This document shows positions 1-9,128 of a stretch of 64,000 bases of DNA, in pieces (within the stretch, counting starts at the first letter, position 1; every line of letters starts with the position of its first letter). Origin of the DNA: an uncultured bacterium (GTDB lineage: Bacteria > Chloroflexota > UBA5177 > JANWHV01); NCBI GenBank assembly GCA_963827235.1, contig CAWHAE010000016.1, positions 512,001 to 576,000 on the forward strand, read 5' to 3'. The position numbers and the translations under genes are program-made. A model generated the notes under the pieces. That model was not told the DNA's origin. It ran no database searches and saw only the letters and a list, made by a program, of their open reading frames with translations.

Positions 1-49
1 CGAGTCCCCCGAATAACGCCAGCCTGGGCAATAAATCTTCGGTATCCAT
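1..49 (-). CDS. N-terminal fragment of a gene running off the window edge, possibly a cyclic-nucleotide-binding (Crp/Fnr-like) protein
   Basis: Minus strand reads GGGAG-7nt-ATG then MDTEDLLPRLALFGGL, resembling the L..x.LF..L start of cNMP-binding domains; only 16 codons visible. Confidence 0.35.
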   Translation of the reverse strand, partial: MDTEDLLPRLALFGGL

Positions 50-188
50 CGCGCTAACTCCCTATTCTCGTCACACCCGGCAGTTCGCGGCGCCACATTT
101 GCGCAACTCAAAGACGGCCTGATACTCAGCCACGAGTCCAGTGTAGCATGGCCTTTCCTACACAACCGTGAGAAGGAGCACCGATTCC

Positions 189-746
189 ATGGAAGCATAT
201 GCCCAGCGGGAGCGTCTCAACGCACTCATACGCGAGCGTGCCCTGCGCTTCGGAGATTTCGTCCTGCGTTCGGGTGCGCATAGCTCGTTCTACCTCGACT
301 GCCGGCAGGTGACGCTCGACGCCGAAGGCGCCTACCTGGTGGCGTCGCTGATGCTTGCCAAGATGGAGGAGCTAGACGTGCAGGCCGCGGGCGGACCCGC
401 ACTCGGTGCCGTGCCCATTGTGGGTGCGGTGTGCGCGCTTGCCCACGCCCGCGGGCGTTCCCTCTCAGGCTTCTTCGTCCGTAAGGAGGCCAAGGATCAC
501 GGCATGGGAAATCTCGTCGAGGGCCCAGTAAGGCCTGGCGACCGGGTGGTCATGGTTGAAGACACGGTCACCACGGGCGGAGAGATGCTGCGTGCCATGG
601 AGGCCATGCAGGAGAAAGGATGCGAAATCGCCCTCGCTCTCTGGATCGTCGACCGCGGCGCCGGTGCGCTGCAGTCTGTCCGCGATCGAGGCGTTCCTGC
701 CGAGGCCCTCTTCACGCTTGAAGACCTCGGCATAGGGCCCGAATAG
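189..746 (+). CDS. pyrE: orotate phosphoribosyltransferase
   Basis: FGDFVLRSG..SSFYLD, RKEAKDHG loop and PRPP motif VVMVEDTVTTGG; AAGGAG upstream of ATG 189. Confidence 0.95.
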   Translation: MEAYAQRERLNALIRERALRFGDFVLRSGAHSSFYLDCRQVTLDAEGAYLVASLMLAKMEELDVQAAGGPALGAVPIVGAVCALAHARGRSLSGFFVRKEAKDHGMGNLVEGPVRPGDRVVMVEDTVTTGGEMLRAMEAMQEKGCEIALALWIVDRGAGALQSVRDRGVPAEALFTLEDLGIGPE

Positions 747-897
747 GGCGACGGCAGACCGGTAGGGCCCAGGGACATAGAGCCGCATAGCTCGTCGCCG
801 CCTTACCCCGAAGGTTGGCCAGGAATCGCGCTCAGCATCAGCGCCAAGCATCCGTCACCACGCGGTCACGCGGTTGCTACGAATCCGGGTTTACAGG

Positions 898-1671
898 CTA
901 CTGGGCGATACCCCAGGAACGCAGGTTGTTCAGACTGATCTTTACGCTCTCCAGGGCAGGACGCCGGCAGGCATCCTGCTCCACGACGTAGTACTCCACG
1001 CCGGCCTCCTGGGCGGCGGCGAAGACGGGCGCGAAGTCGATGCGCCCCTCGCCCACTTCCGCGAAGGTACGCGAGTCGTCCTTGACCATATCCTTGAGGT
1101 GTACGAGGGCGCAGCGAGGGCCGAGGTGCCGTAGAATCTCGGCGGGATCGATGCCGGCATAGTAGGCCCAGTACATGTCGAGCTCGGACCGCACCGCCTT
1201 GGCATCGGTACCCTCGAACAGCACGTCGAGCGCCAGTCGACCGTCTAGGCGCACGAACTCGAAGTCGTGGTTGTGGTAGGCGAAGCCGATCCCGCGCTCC
1301 CGGCAGCGCCGACCGAGAGCGGAGAGCTCGGCGGCGAGTCGGCGGTAGGCATCTGCGTCACCTCGCTCGGCCTCAGGCAGCCACGGGCATATGATATAGT
1401 GACATCCCAGTGCGAGCGCGTCGTCGATCGCGCCCTCCAGCGACTCGCGCAAGATTCTCAGGCCCACGTGACTCGACACCGCGCTCACGCCCAGATCGTC
1501 CAGCAGCGACCGCAGATTGGTTGCCCCCATCCCGCCGTATCCTGCAAGCTCGACCGCCTCATAGCCGATCGCCGCGACCTCCTGCAGGGTACCGGCGAAG
1601 TCCCGGGCCGATTCCTCGCGCACGCTGTACAGTTGCAGGGCTACCGGAATCTGCCCACTCTTTCCAGCCAT
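898..1671 (-). CDS. sugar phosphate isomerase/epimerase (IolE/xylose-isomerase-like TIM barrel)
   Basis: LQLYSVRE, YHNHDFEF, ELDMYW, HLKD, EVGEGRIDF, VVEQD motifs. Confidence 0.9.
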   Translation of the reverse strand: MAGKSGQIPVALQLYSVREESARDFAGTLQEVAAIGYEAVELAGYGGMGATNLRSLLDDLGVSAVSSHVGLRILRESLEGAIDDALALGCHYIICPWLPEAERGDADAYRRLAAELSALGRRCRERGIGFAYHNHDFEFVRLDGRLALDVLFEGTDAKAVRSELDMYWAYYAGIDPAEILRHLGPRCALVHLKDMVKDDSRTFAEVGEGRIDFAPVFAAAQEAGVEYYVVEQDACRRPALESVKISLNNLRSWGIAQ

Positions 1672-1740
1672 CTTCTTAACCGTTCCCGTATTCACAATCC
1701 GTTCAGCCGGAAGTCAACGTTGAGCATCCGGTCGCGTCGT

Positions 1741-2505
1741 CTAGTGTACGTCACAGAGCTCGAATGCCTCCTTGAGGGCCGCGACCGGATCGCCGGTGGG
1801 CACGAGCTCCTGCCCGACATAGCCCTCGAAGCCGGTGGCCGCTACGGCTCGCATGATGGCAGGATAATAGAGCTCCTGCGTGGCACCGATCTCGTTCCTG
1901 CCCGGGTTGCCGGCTGTGTGGTAGTGGGCGAAGTACGGCGCGTAGGTCTGAATTGTCCGGATGACATCGCCCTCCATGATCTGCATGTGGTAGATGTCGT
2001 AGAGCAACTTGACGCGCGGCGAGCCGACCATGCGACAGACCTGCACTCCCCAGGATGTGTGGTCGCCCTGGTAGTCAGGGTGATCGACTTTGCTGTTGAG
2101 AAGCTCGAGCACGAGATTGACACCTGCGTCTTCGGCGGCGCGCACCACGCGGCGCAAGCCCTCGGCCGTGATCTCGGCGCCACTGTCGTCGTCCTGGCCG
2201 CCGCGATTGCCGCTGAATACGATCAGGTTGGCGATGTGCCACTTCCTGGCAAGCTCGAGATTGGCAAGAATATCCCGCTCGATGCGGTCGTGATTCTCCC
2301 GCCTGTTGAGGCCGTCGGTGATGGACTGCTGCCCGTTCACGGCGGCAATAGTCAGGCCGTGATCAGAAATCAGCGGCCAGTGCTCCTGCCCTGCCAGGTC
2401 GAAGGCGACGTAGCCGATTTCGACTGCCGCGTTCACTAGCCGCTCGGGCGAGATGCCGCTGCGGTCGAAGCACCACCATGAGATTGACTGCTTCAGCGAC
2501 GCCAT
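1741..2505 (-). CDS. hyi: hydroxypyruvate isomerase-family TIM barrel protein
   Basis: [46 protein letters not shown]. Confidence 0.85.
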   Translation of the reverse strand: MASLKQSISWWCFDRSGISPERLVNAAVEIGYVAFDLAGQEHWPLISDHGLTIAAVNGQQSITDGLNRRENHDRIERDILANLELARKWHIANLIVFSGNRGGQDDDSGAEITAEGLRRVVRAAEDAGVNLVLELLNSKVDHPDYQGDHTSWGVQVCRMVGSPRVKLLYDIYHMQIMEGDVIRTIQTYAPYFAHYHTAGNPGRNEIGATQELYYPAIMRAVAATGFEGYVGQELVPTGDPVAALKEAFELCDVH

Positions 2506-2558
2506 ATTCCGTCTACCCTTTCCTTGCGTCCGTTCGTCCAGAGCCGCGGTCACACACG

Positions 2559-3020
2559 TAACCCTTCACGCCGCCCGCGACGGGGCCCGACACCAAGCCC
2601 CGCTGTACGAACATGAACATCAGAGCGATAGGCAGCGATGCCATCACGCCGCCCGACGTGATCAGCGGAAGGGCCATCAGATGCGCGCCCCAGGCAGTCA
2701 TGAAGGTGAAGGCTCCGCCGGTGATGATACCCGGCAGGATCACATGCCGGAGCACCGTGACCAGACTACCTCCGTCGACCGGCACCGATTCGTCAAGCCT
2801 GCACGGAGTGGCAGACAGGAACCCGCGAAGAAGCCGGACGCCCAGGGGATGTCGCTGACGATGTAGACGCCGGCCAGCCCGATCAGGTTGTCGGTCAGGC
2901 TGGCGTGGCGCAGAAGGACGACTACTTGGATCACCACTACGATGCCGGGCACGAGCTGACCCAGGAGGATCGCCGTGGCCAGCGTGCCTAGTCCACGTGA
3001 GCAGTAGCGCGAGACTGCGC
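2559..3020 (-). pseudogene. decayed carbohydrate ABC transporter permease (MalG-type) remnant
   Basis: Two frames give LLGQLVPGIVVVI..LTDNLIGL..DIPW and DGGS..VLRHVILPG..FTFMTAW..FMFVQRGLVSG..GGVKG; N-terminus, EAA loop and periplasmic loop are missing. Confidence 0.7.
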
Positions 3021-3326
3021 AGCGTTGCCCATCACTGCCCCGGGCTCTTGCGACCTCGAACGTCGCGGCCCGACCCAGGTCGCGAGGGCGCCGGCCCACC
3101 TCCCGGGCTGCCGGAGCCGAGCCGCTCGGCCCAAAACGGCCGCGAATTGCCGTGCACTTTGGGCATAGGTACACTTTACTCATACCAACCTGTCCAGGAG
3201 TGGATGGGCCTTCATTCGTTTTGCGGGCGACGGGGTGTCCTCGGGGCATCGGGTGCCGCGTAAGCGACGCCGTCGCAGGGTGCGTGTCCTACACGGCTCC
3301 CGCATCAGTCCTTCCAGGAGCAGAAG

Positions 3327-4721
3327 ATGAGCCAGCCCCGCACCATCGGCGAACTGCGCGCCAGCGGATACACGCCCAAGACAATCAAGCAGGAAATGCG
3401 CCACAACCTGGTCGCCAAGATGAAGGCCGGCGACGAGCTCTTCCCGGGAGTGATCGGTTACGACGCCACGGTCATCCCTCAGGTGGAAAACGCCATTCTG
3501 TCGGGCCAGGATATCGTGCTGCTGGGCGAGCGCGGTCAAGCCAAGACACGCATAGCGCGCAGCCTGATCAATCTGCTCGACGACAGCATTCCCGCCGTCG
3601 GTGGGTGTGAGATCAACGACAATCCGTTCGAGCCGGTCTGCGCAGCCTGCCGGCAGCGCGTAGCCGAGCTCGGCGACGATGTGCCGATCACCTGGCTCAC
3701 GCGTGAGGCGCGGTACGGTGAGAAGCTTGCCACACCGGATATCACAATCGCCGATCTGATTGGGGAAATCGACCCGATCAAGGTTGCCGAGGGTCGCTAC
3801 CTGTCCGACGAGATGACGATCGCCTACGGCCTCGTGCCGCGCACCAATCGGGGCATCTTCTGCATAAACGAGCTGCCCGACCTGGCCGAGCGTATACAGG
3901 TGGGCTTGCTCAACATCATGGAGGAGCGCGACGTCCAGATCCGCGGCTACAAAGTCAGGCTGCCTCTGGACGTGTATGTTGTGGCGAGCGCCAATCCCGA
4001 GGACTACACAAACCGGGGACGCATCATTACGCCGCTCAAGGATCGCATCGGCTCTGAGATCCGGACCCACTATCCGCGCACGATCGAGCACGAGATCGCG
4101 ATCATGGAGCAGGAAGCATCGCCGTCCTTCGCCGAGGAAATCGACGCCGTGTTCCCGCGCTACATGAAGGAGATCATCGCCGAGATCACGCACTTGGCGC
4201 GCAAGCACAGCGAGATCTCGAAGCGCTCCGGGGTGAGCGTGCGGGTCTCCATCTGTAACTATGAGAACGTGCTGAGCAATGCCATTCGGCGCGCCATACG
4301 CCTTGGTGAGCGCCAGGCAGCGCCGCGAATCAGCGACCTGCCGGCGATTGTCGCCTCCACGGCGGGTAAGATCGAGCTCGAGACGGTAGGCGAAGCCAAC
4401 GAGGAGCGGCTGATCGAGCGCATCATCCAGGGCGCCATCGTCAACGTGTTCAATCGCTATTTCCTGATGCAGGAATTCGACGAGTTGCTGGCGAATTTTG
4501 AGCGTGGCTTCGGCGTGGACACCAGCGACGGCATGCCGGCCATGCAGTACGTGCAACAGGTATCTGAAGTGCGCGGACTGCGGTCAGCCGTCAGCAAGCT
4601 CAACGCGCAGGGGACTCCGGCCAGCGCGGCTTCGGCTGTGGAGTTCGTGCTCGAGGGCATCCACCTCAATCGTAAGCTGAACAAGGACCGCAAGCCCGGC
4701 GGGATTCGCTATCGCAAGTGA
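3327..4721 (+). CDS. AAA+ ATPase, magnesium-chelatase-like/MoxR-related (Rv0958-like)
   Basis: Walker A variant GERGQAKT, INELPDLAERIQ, ASANPEDYTNRGRIITPLKDR. Confidence 0.9.
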   Translation: MSQPRTIGELRASGYTPKTIKQEMRHNLVAKMKAGDELFPGVIGYDATVIPQVENAILSGQDIVLLGERGQAKTRIARSLINLLDDSIPAVGGCEINDNPFEPVCAACRQRVAELGDDVPITWLTREARYGEKLATPDITIADLIGEIDPIKVAEGRYLSDEMTIAYGLVPRTNRGIFCINELPDLAERIQVGLLNIMEERDVQIRGYKVRLPLDVYVVASANPEDYTNRGRIITPLKDRIGSEIRTHYPRTIEHEIAIMEQEASPSFAEEIDAVFPRYMKEIIAEITHLARKHSEISKRSGVSVRVSICNYENVLSNAIRRAIRLGERQAAPRISDLPAIVASTAGKIELETVGEANEERLIERIIQGAIVNVFNRYFLMQEFDELLANFERGFGVDTSDGMPAMQYVQQVSEVRGLRSAVSKLNAQGTPASAASAVEFVLEGIHLNRKLNKDRKPGGIRYRK

Positions 4722-4805
4722 CCGCTGCCGGCCGGCACGAAAGACAACTTCGAAGAGGCAGTGCTCGGTGCCTCCAATCCACAGGCTAGCAAACACGAGG
4801 GTGCC

Positions 4806-6842
4806 ATGAACGTGGACGGCAGCTATCGCTACTCAGAGTGGGACAACAGTCAGCAGATCGATCCTTTCGACGCAAACGAGCTGATGAACGCCCTATCGGA
4901 CGAGCTGCTGGAGGACGGAGACATGCAGCGGGCGCTGCAGCGCCTCTACCGTCTCGGCGACGAGGGGCGGCTCGGCGACCGCCTGGATGGCATGAAGCAT
5001 CTGATCGATCGCCTGCGCCAGCAACGCCAGGCCACGTTGAACCGCCACAATCTCAGCTCGATCATGGACGACCTCAAGGCCAAGCTAGAGGACATCGTCG
5101 ACACGGAGCGGCGCGGCATCGACCGCCGTATCGAGGAGAGTAAGGAACTGCCGCCCGCCGGCAGCGAGCAAACCACCGCGACGGACAACGAGGCTCTGCG
5201 CCAGATGCTGGAGAGCATGGCCAAGAAGAAGCGCGATTACCTCGACGCTATGCCGGACAGCGTGCCGCAGCGCTTCCAGGCACTCTCGCAGTATGACTTC
5301 ATGGACGCGGAGGCACGCGACAAATTCAACGCGCTTCGCCAGCAGCTCCAGCAGCAGGTAATGCAGTCGTACTTCCAGGGCATGCAGCAGGCAATCCAGA
5401 GCATTACGCCTGAAGAACTCCAGCGGACGCGCCAGATGGTACAGGACCTGAACCAGATGCTGGAGGACCGCCTGCAGGGACGAGAGCCGAAGTTCGACGA
5501 ATTCATGGAAAAGTACGGTGACATGTTCCCAGGCGTCAACAACCTGGACGAGCTATTGGAGCAGATGCAGCAGCGCATGGCCGCCATGCAGGCTCTGATG
5601 GACAGCATGTCTCCCGAGATGCGCGATCAGCTGCAGCAGATGATGGACAACCTGATCGGCGACGATCGCTTGCGCGCCGATCTGGCCCGACTCGCTCTCA
5701 ACCTGCAGCAGATGTTCCCAAATCAGCAGCCACGGCGTGGATACTCCTTCCGCGGAGACGAGCCGCTCTCCATGGTCGAGGCCATGGCCATGATGGAACG
5801 CCTCCAGGCCATGGACGAGCTCGAGGCCCAGATGCGAGCTGCCCAGAGCGGGACCGGTATCGAGGATATCGACGCCGCCACAGTCCGCGATGTGCTCGGG
5901 CGCGGACGAGGCGCGGCAGCTCGAGCAGCTACAGCAGCTCACCAAGATGCTCGAAGAAGCGGGCTTCGTCAAGAAGACCAGTCAGGGATACGAGCTCACT
6001 GCCCAGGGAATCCGCAAGATCGGACAGAAGGCGCTTCGCGACGTGTTCGGCCACCTCAAGCGCGACAGCTTCGGCAACCACGCGACACCGTTCCGCGGTG
6101 GGCGGCGGCGAGCAGATCGACGAGACCAAGCGCTACGTGTTCGGCGATCCGTTCTTGCTGGACATCCAGAAGACCACCATGAACGCCGTACAGCGGCAGG
6201 GACGCGGCACGCCGGTCCGGCTGGCTCCGGAAGACTTTGAGGTCTATCGCACTGAGCTTCTCACACAGTCCGCCACCGTGCTGATGCTGGACATGAGCCG
6301 ATCGATGTTCCTGAACGGATGCTTCTCCGCTGCCAAGAAAGTGGCAATCGCCCTGCACAGCCTGATCAAGGGCCAGTACCCGCGCGACTCACTGCAGATT
6401 ATCGGCTTCTCGTACCTGGCGCATCCCATCAAGCCGGAGGATCTGCCCGGCATCAACTGGGACGACCACAACTACGGCACAAATCTCCAGCACGCGCTCA
6501 TTCTGGGCCGGCAGTATCTATGGTCGCAGCAAGGCGCGTAACCGCCAGATCATCGTGATCACGGACGGCGAGCCCACCACCCATCTCGAGGGCGGGCATC
6601 CCATGTTCAACTACCCGCCCACCTATCGCACTATCCAGGAGACGCTGCGCGAGGTCGTGCGCTGCACTCGCGACCAGATCGTGATCAATACCTTCATGCT
6701 GGAAAGCGGCTACTATCTGACCGACTTCGTCGGTCAGATGACCAAGCTCAACAAGGGCCGCGCCTTCTTCGCCACGCCGGAAAACCTCGGCGAGTACATC
6801 CTTGTCGACTACGTAGCCAACAAGCAGAAGAAAGTCAGCTGA
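4806..6842 (+). CDS. VWA domain protein (Rv0959-like partner of the AAA+ ATPase), split by three +1 frameshifts
   Basis: YRYSEWD start, coiled-coil middle, MIDAS LDMSRSM, GTNLQHAL, ITDGEPT; frame changes at about 5899, 6101 and 6521. Confidence 0.85.
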
Positions 6843-6953
6843 TCCGGCGCCGCCTGCCTGCCATGACCGCCAACCGCTCCCTGCGCTGGCGCCGTACGCC
6901 TTGCGGCCACGACTCCTGCAGAGAGCGGTCGAGTAGTCCGGAGCTCAGTACGG

Positions 6954-7890
6954 CTACGAGTCCTGCTGATACAGGAAAGTTGAGAGGTATCGCTCGCCGT
7001 TGTCCGGCAGCACCACGACGATAGTCTTGCCGGCGTTCTCCGGCCGCTTCGCCACTTCGAGCGCGGCATGCGCGGCTGCGCCGCTGGAGATGCCGGTGAG
7101 GATTCCTTCTTCCACGGCCAGCCTGCGAGCCGCCGCGGTCGCCTGAGCGACGCTGACCGGAATCACCTCGTCAATCACGGACCGGTTGAGGATCTTCGGC
7201 ACGAAGGGCACGCCAATGCCCTGGATCTTGTGCGGGCCGGGTGTGCCTCCCGACAGCAGTGGGGACTCCGCCGGCTCGACGGCCACGACGATCAACTCCA
7301 GGCTTGCGCTGCTTCAGCACCTCGCCCACGCCGGTAATCGTGCCGCCGGTGCCTATGCCGCCCACGAAGATATCAACGGCGCCCTCGGTATCTTTCCAGA
7401 TCTCCTCGGCAGTGGTCTCGCGGTGAATCTTGGGATTCGCAGGATTCTCGAACTGCATTGGGATGAACGAATCGGGGATGGATTGCGCCAGCTCGCTCGC
7501 CTTGGCGATTGCCCCCGGCATGCCGTTGGCGCCCGGAGTCAGCACGAGCTCGGCACCGCGAGCTTTCAACAGCTGCCGGCGCTCGATGCTCATCGTCTCC
7601 GGCATGGTGAGGATCAGGCGATAGCCCTTGGCGGCCGCCACGAAGGACAGCGCGATGCCCGTGTTTCCGCTCGTGGGCTCGATGATTGTCGTCTTGCCCG
7701 GCGTTATCAGGCCCTGGCGCTCAGCTTCGGCGATCATGCTGACTCCGATGCGGTCCTTTACACTACCGCCAGGGCCGAAGTACTCCAGCTTGGCCAGTAC
7801 CCGTGCCTTGGAACCATCAGTCACTCGGTTGAGTCGCACCAGCGGCGTCAATCCAATGGTCTCCGACAGATCGGCGAAGATCCTGCCCAT
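6954..7890 (-). CDS. cysK: cysteine synthase A, one frameshift near 7293
   Basis: [13 protein letters not shown] lysine, [15 protein letters not shown]; second frame gives HKIQGIG and [10 protein letters not shown]. Confidence 0.93.
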
Positions 7891-7910
7891 TGCGCTTCCC
7901 CTTGCTCCAA

Positions 7911-7935
7911 AAAGACTATCGAGTTACTTGACATT
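7911..7935. promoter_or_regulatory. AT-rich imperfect palindrome in the cysK leader, candidate Rrf2 (CymR/IscR-like) operator
   Basis: AAAGACTA-N9-TTGACATT fits AAWGWCWA-N9-TWGWCWTT and lies between the promoter and the RBS. Confidence 0.45.
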
Positions 7936-7950
7936 TGGTCGTTCAACTGA

Positions 7951-7979
7951 AGGCTAGCATAACGCAGGCTGCGCGTCAA
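7951..7979 (-). promoter_or_regulatory. sigma70-type promoter of cysK
   Basis: TTGACG-17nt-TAGCCT with TGn extension on the minus strand. Confidence 0.45.
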
Positions 7980-8192
7980 AGCGCTATCCGCGAGCGCGCG
8001 CGCATGTATCGGTGCCACTGCAGTTCGCCATCCGGACCTCCGGCCAGCCCATCCCGTCGCCTCGGCCGTCCCGGCCGCATGCGGACGCGAGAGCCATGGC
8101 TGCTGCCGTCGGCGGCGCGGTCAAGCACTCGAGTGCAAGCGCGTGGCGAAGCAATCGCGGGTAGCGATACCGGGACTGTGGTGCCGGTCGGT

Positions 8193-8221
8193 TTGACAAC
8201 GCCCGTCATGACCCGTACGCT
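8193..8221 (+). promoter_or_regulatory. sigma70-type promoter of tRNA-Glu
   Basis: TTGACA-17nt-TACGCT. Confidence 0.6.
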
Positions 8222-8240
8222 GACTGAGTGTTATCGGCAC

Positions 8241-8316
8241 GGCCCGGTCGTCTAGCGGCCTAGGACATCGCCCTTTCAAGGCGGAGATCACGGGTTCGAA
8301 TCCCGTCCGGGCTACC
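8241..8316 (+). tRNA. tRNA-Glu(TTC)
   Basis: Cloverleaf GGCCCGG/CCGGGCT, anticodon loop CTTTCAA, GGTTCGAATCC T-arm. Confidence 0.97.
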
Positions 8317-8325
8317 GCGCGTCCC

Positions 8326-8772
8326 TCACCACTCTGCCAGCAGCGCCTCGAGGCCCGTGCGCAGGGCTGTTAGCTGTCCGGCATCCAGCTTAGTCAGTCG
8401 GTCGTGGATTCTCGCCGCTCTGCCCTCGTAAAGCGAGGCAAGCGTCGCTTCGCCCTTGGGAGTGAGCCGGCTGACCACGAGTCTCCGGTCACCGGCGTCT
8501 TCCTCGCGGCACACGAAGCCTGCTTCCACCAGGCGGTCTAGGATACCGGTCACATTCGACACGTGGATACCCAGATTCTCGGCCAGAACGCCGACGCGCG
8601 CCCTTCGGGCCTGCCAGAGGAAGAGCATCACTTTGAATTGAGCCATGGTGATGTCCAGGCTCATCCAGGCCTGCATCTCAACCAGCGCTAGCAGGCGCAC
8701 CAGCGTGGCAAACTGCTCCCGAACCTGCTCGGCAAGATCGGGAACGGGTGGATCCGGTGCCTGGTCGGGCAT
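8326..8772 (-). CDS. MarR family transcriptional regulator
   Basis: LDITMAQFKVM..LAENLG..SNVTGILDRLVEAGFV.R...DRR...LTPKG; likely start ATG 8772. Confidence 0.92.
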   Translation of the reverse strand: MPDQAPDPPVPDLAEQVREQFATLVRLLALVEMQAWMSLDITMAQFKVMLFLWQARRARVGVLAENLGIHVSNVTGILDRLVEAGFVCREEDAGDRRLVVSRLTPKGEATLASLYEGRAARIHDRLTKLDAGQLTALRTGLEALLAEW

Positions 8773-9128
8773 CTGGGACACTGCGACCTCTAGGGACAGA
8801 TGCGGTGCTGCCTGGCAGGATGATACGTACGTTGTTTCCGGTGCGTCAAGCCGCACATGCCGGCGTTTATCGCCGTGCCCTCGGCCGTGCTGTCCCTGGA
8901 TCCTGTTCCCCAATCGGACGGCCACCGACGTCGACCCGGACCGCGTTCGTCCGGCTGCCAATCATCTCCCCCCATTCGTCTGCATCGCGATGTGGAATTG
9001 TGGCTGCGCGGCACGACCTTTTGCACTAGACTGGCAGACAAGGGGACCCGGCCAGAGGGCGGCGCAGCGAGCTGCTCGAGCCGGAATCCTTAGTGTCGTA
9101 ACACTTCAGGAGCCCGGAGCCCTCAAGA

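Noticed and set aside
3223-3303. Possible structured ncRNA upstream of the AAA+ gene
   Set aside because: Only short GC pairings expected by chance; no SRP, 6S or riboswitch signature
5898-6541. Programmed frameshifting in the VWA gene
   Set aside because: No slippery heptamer, and similar indels hit unrelated genes, which favours sequencing error
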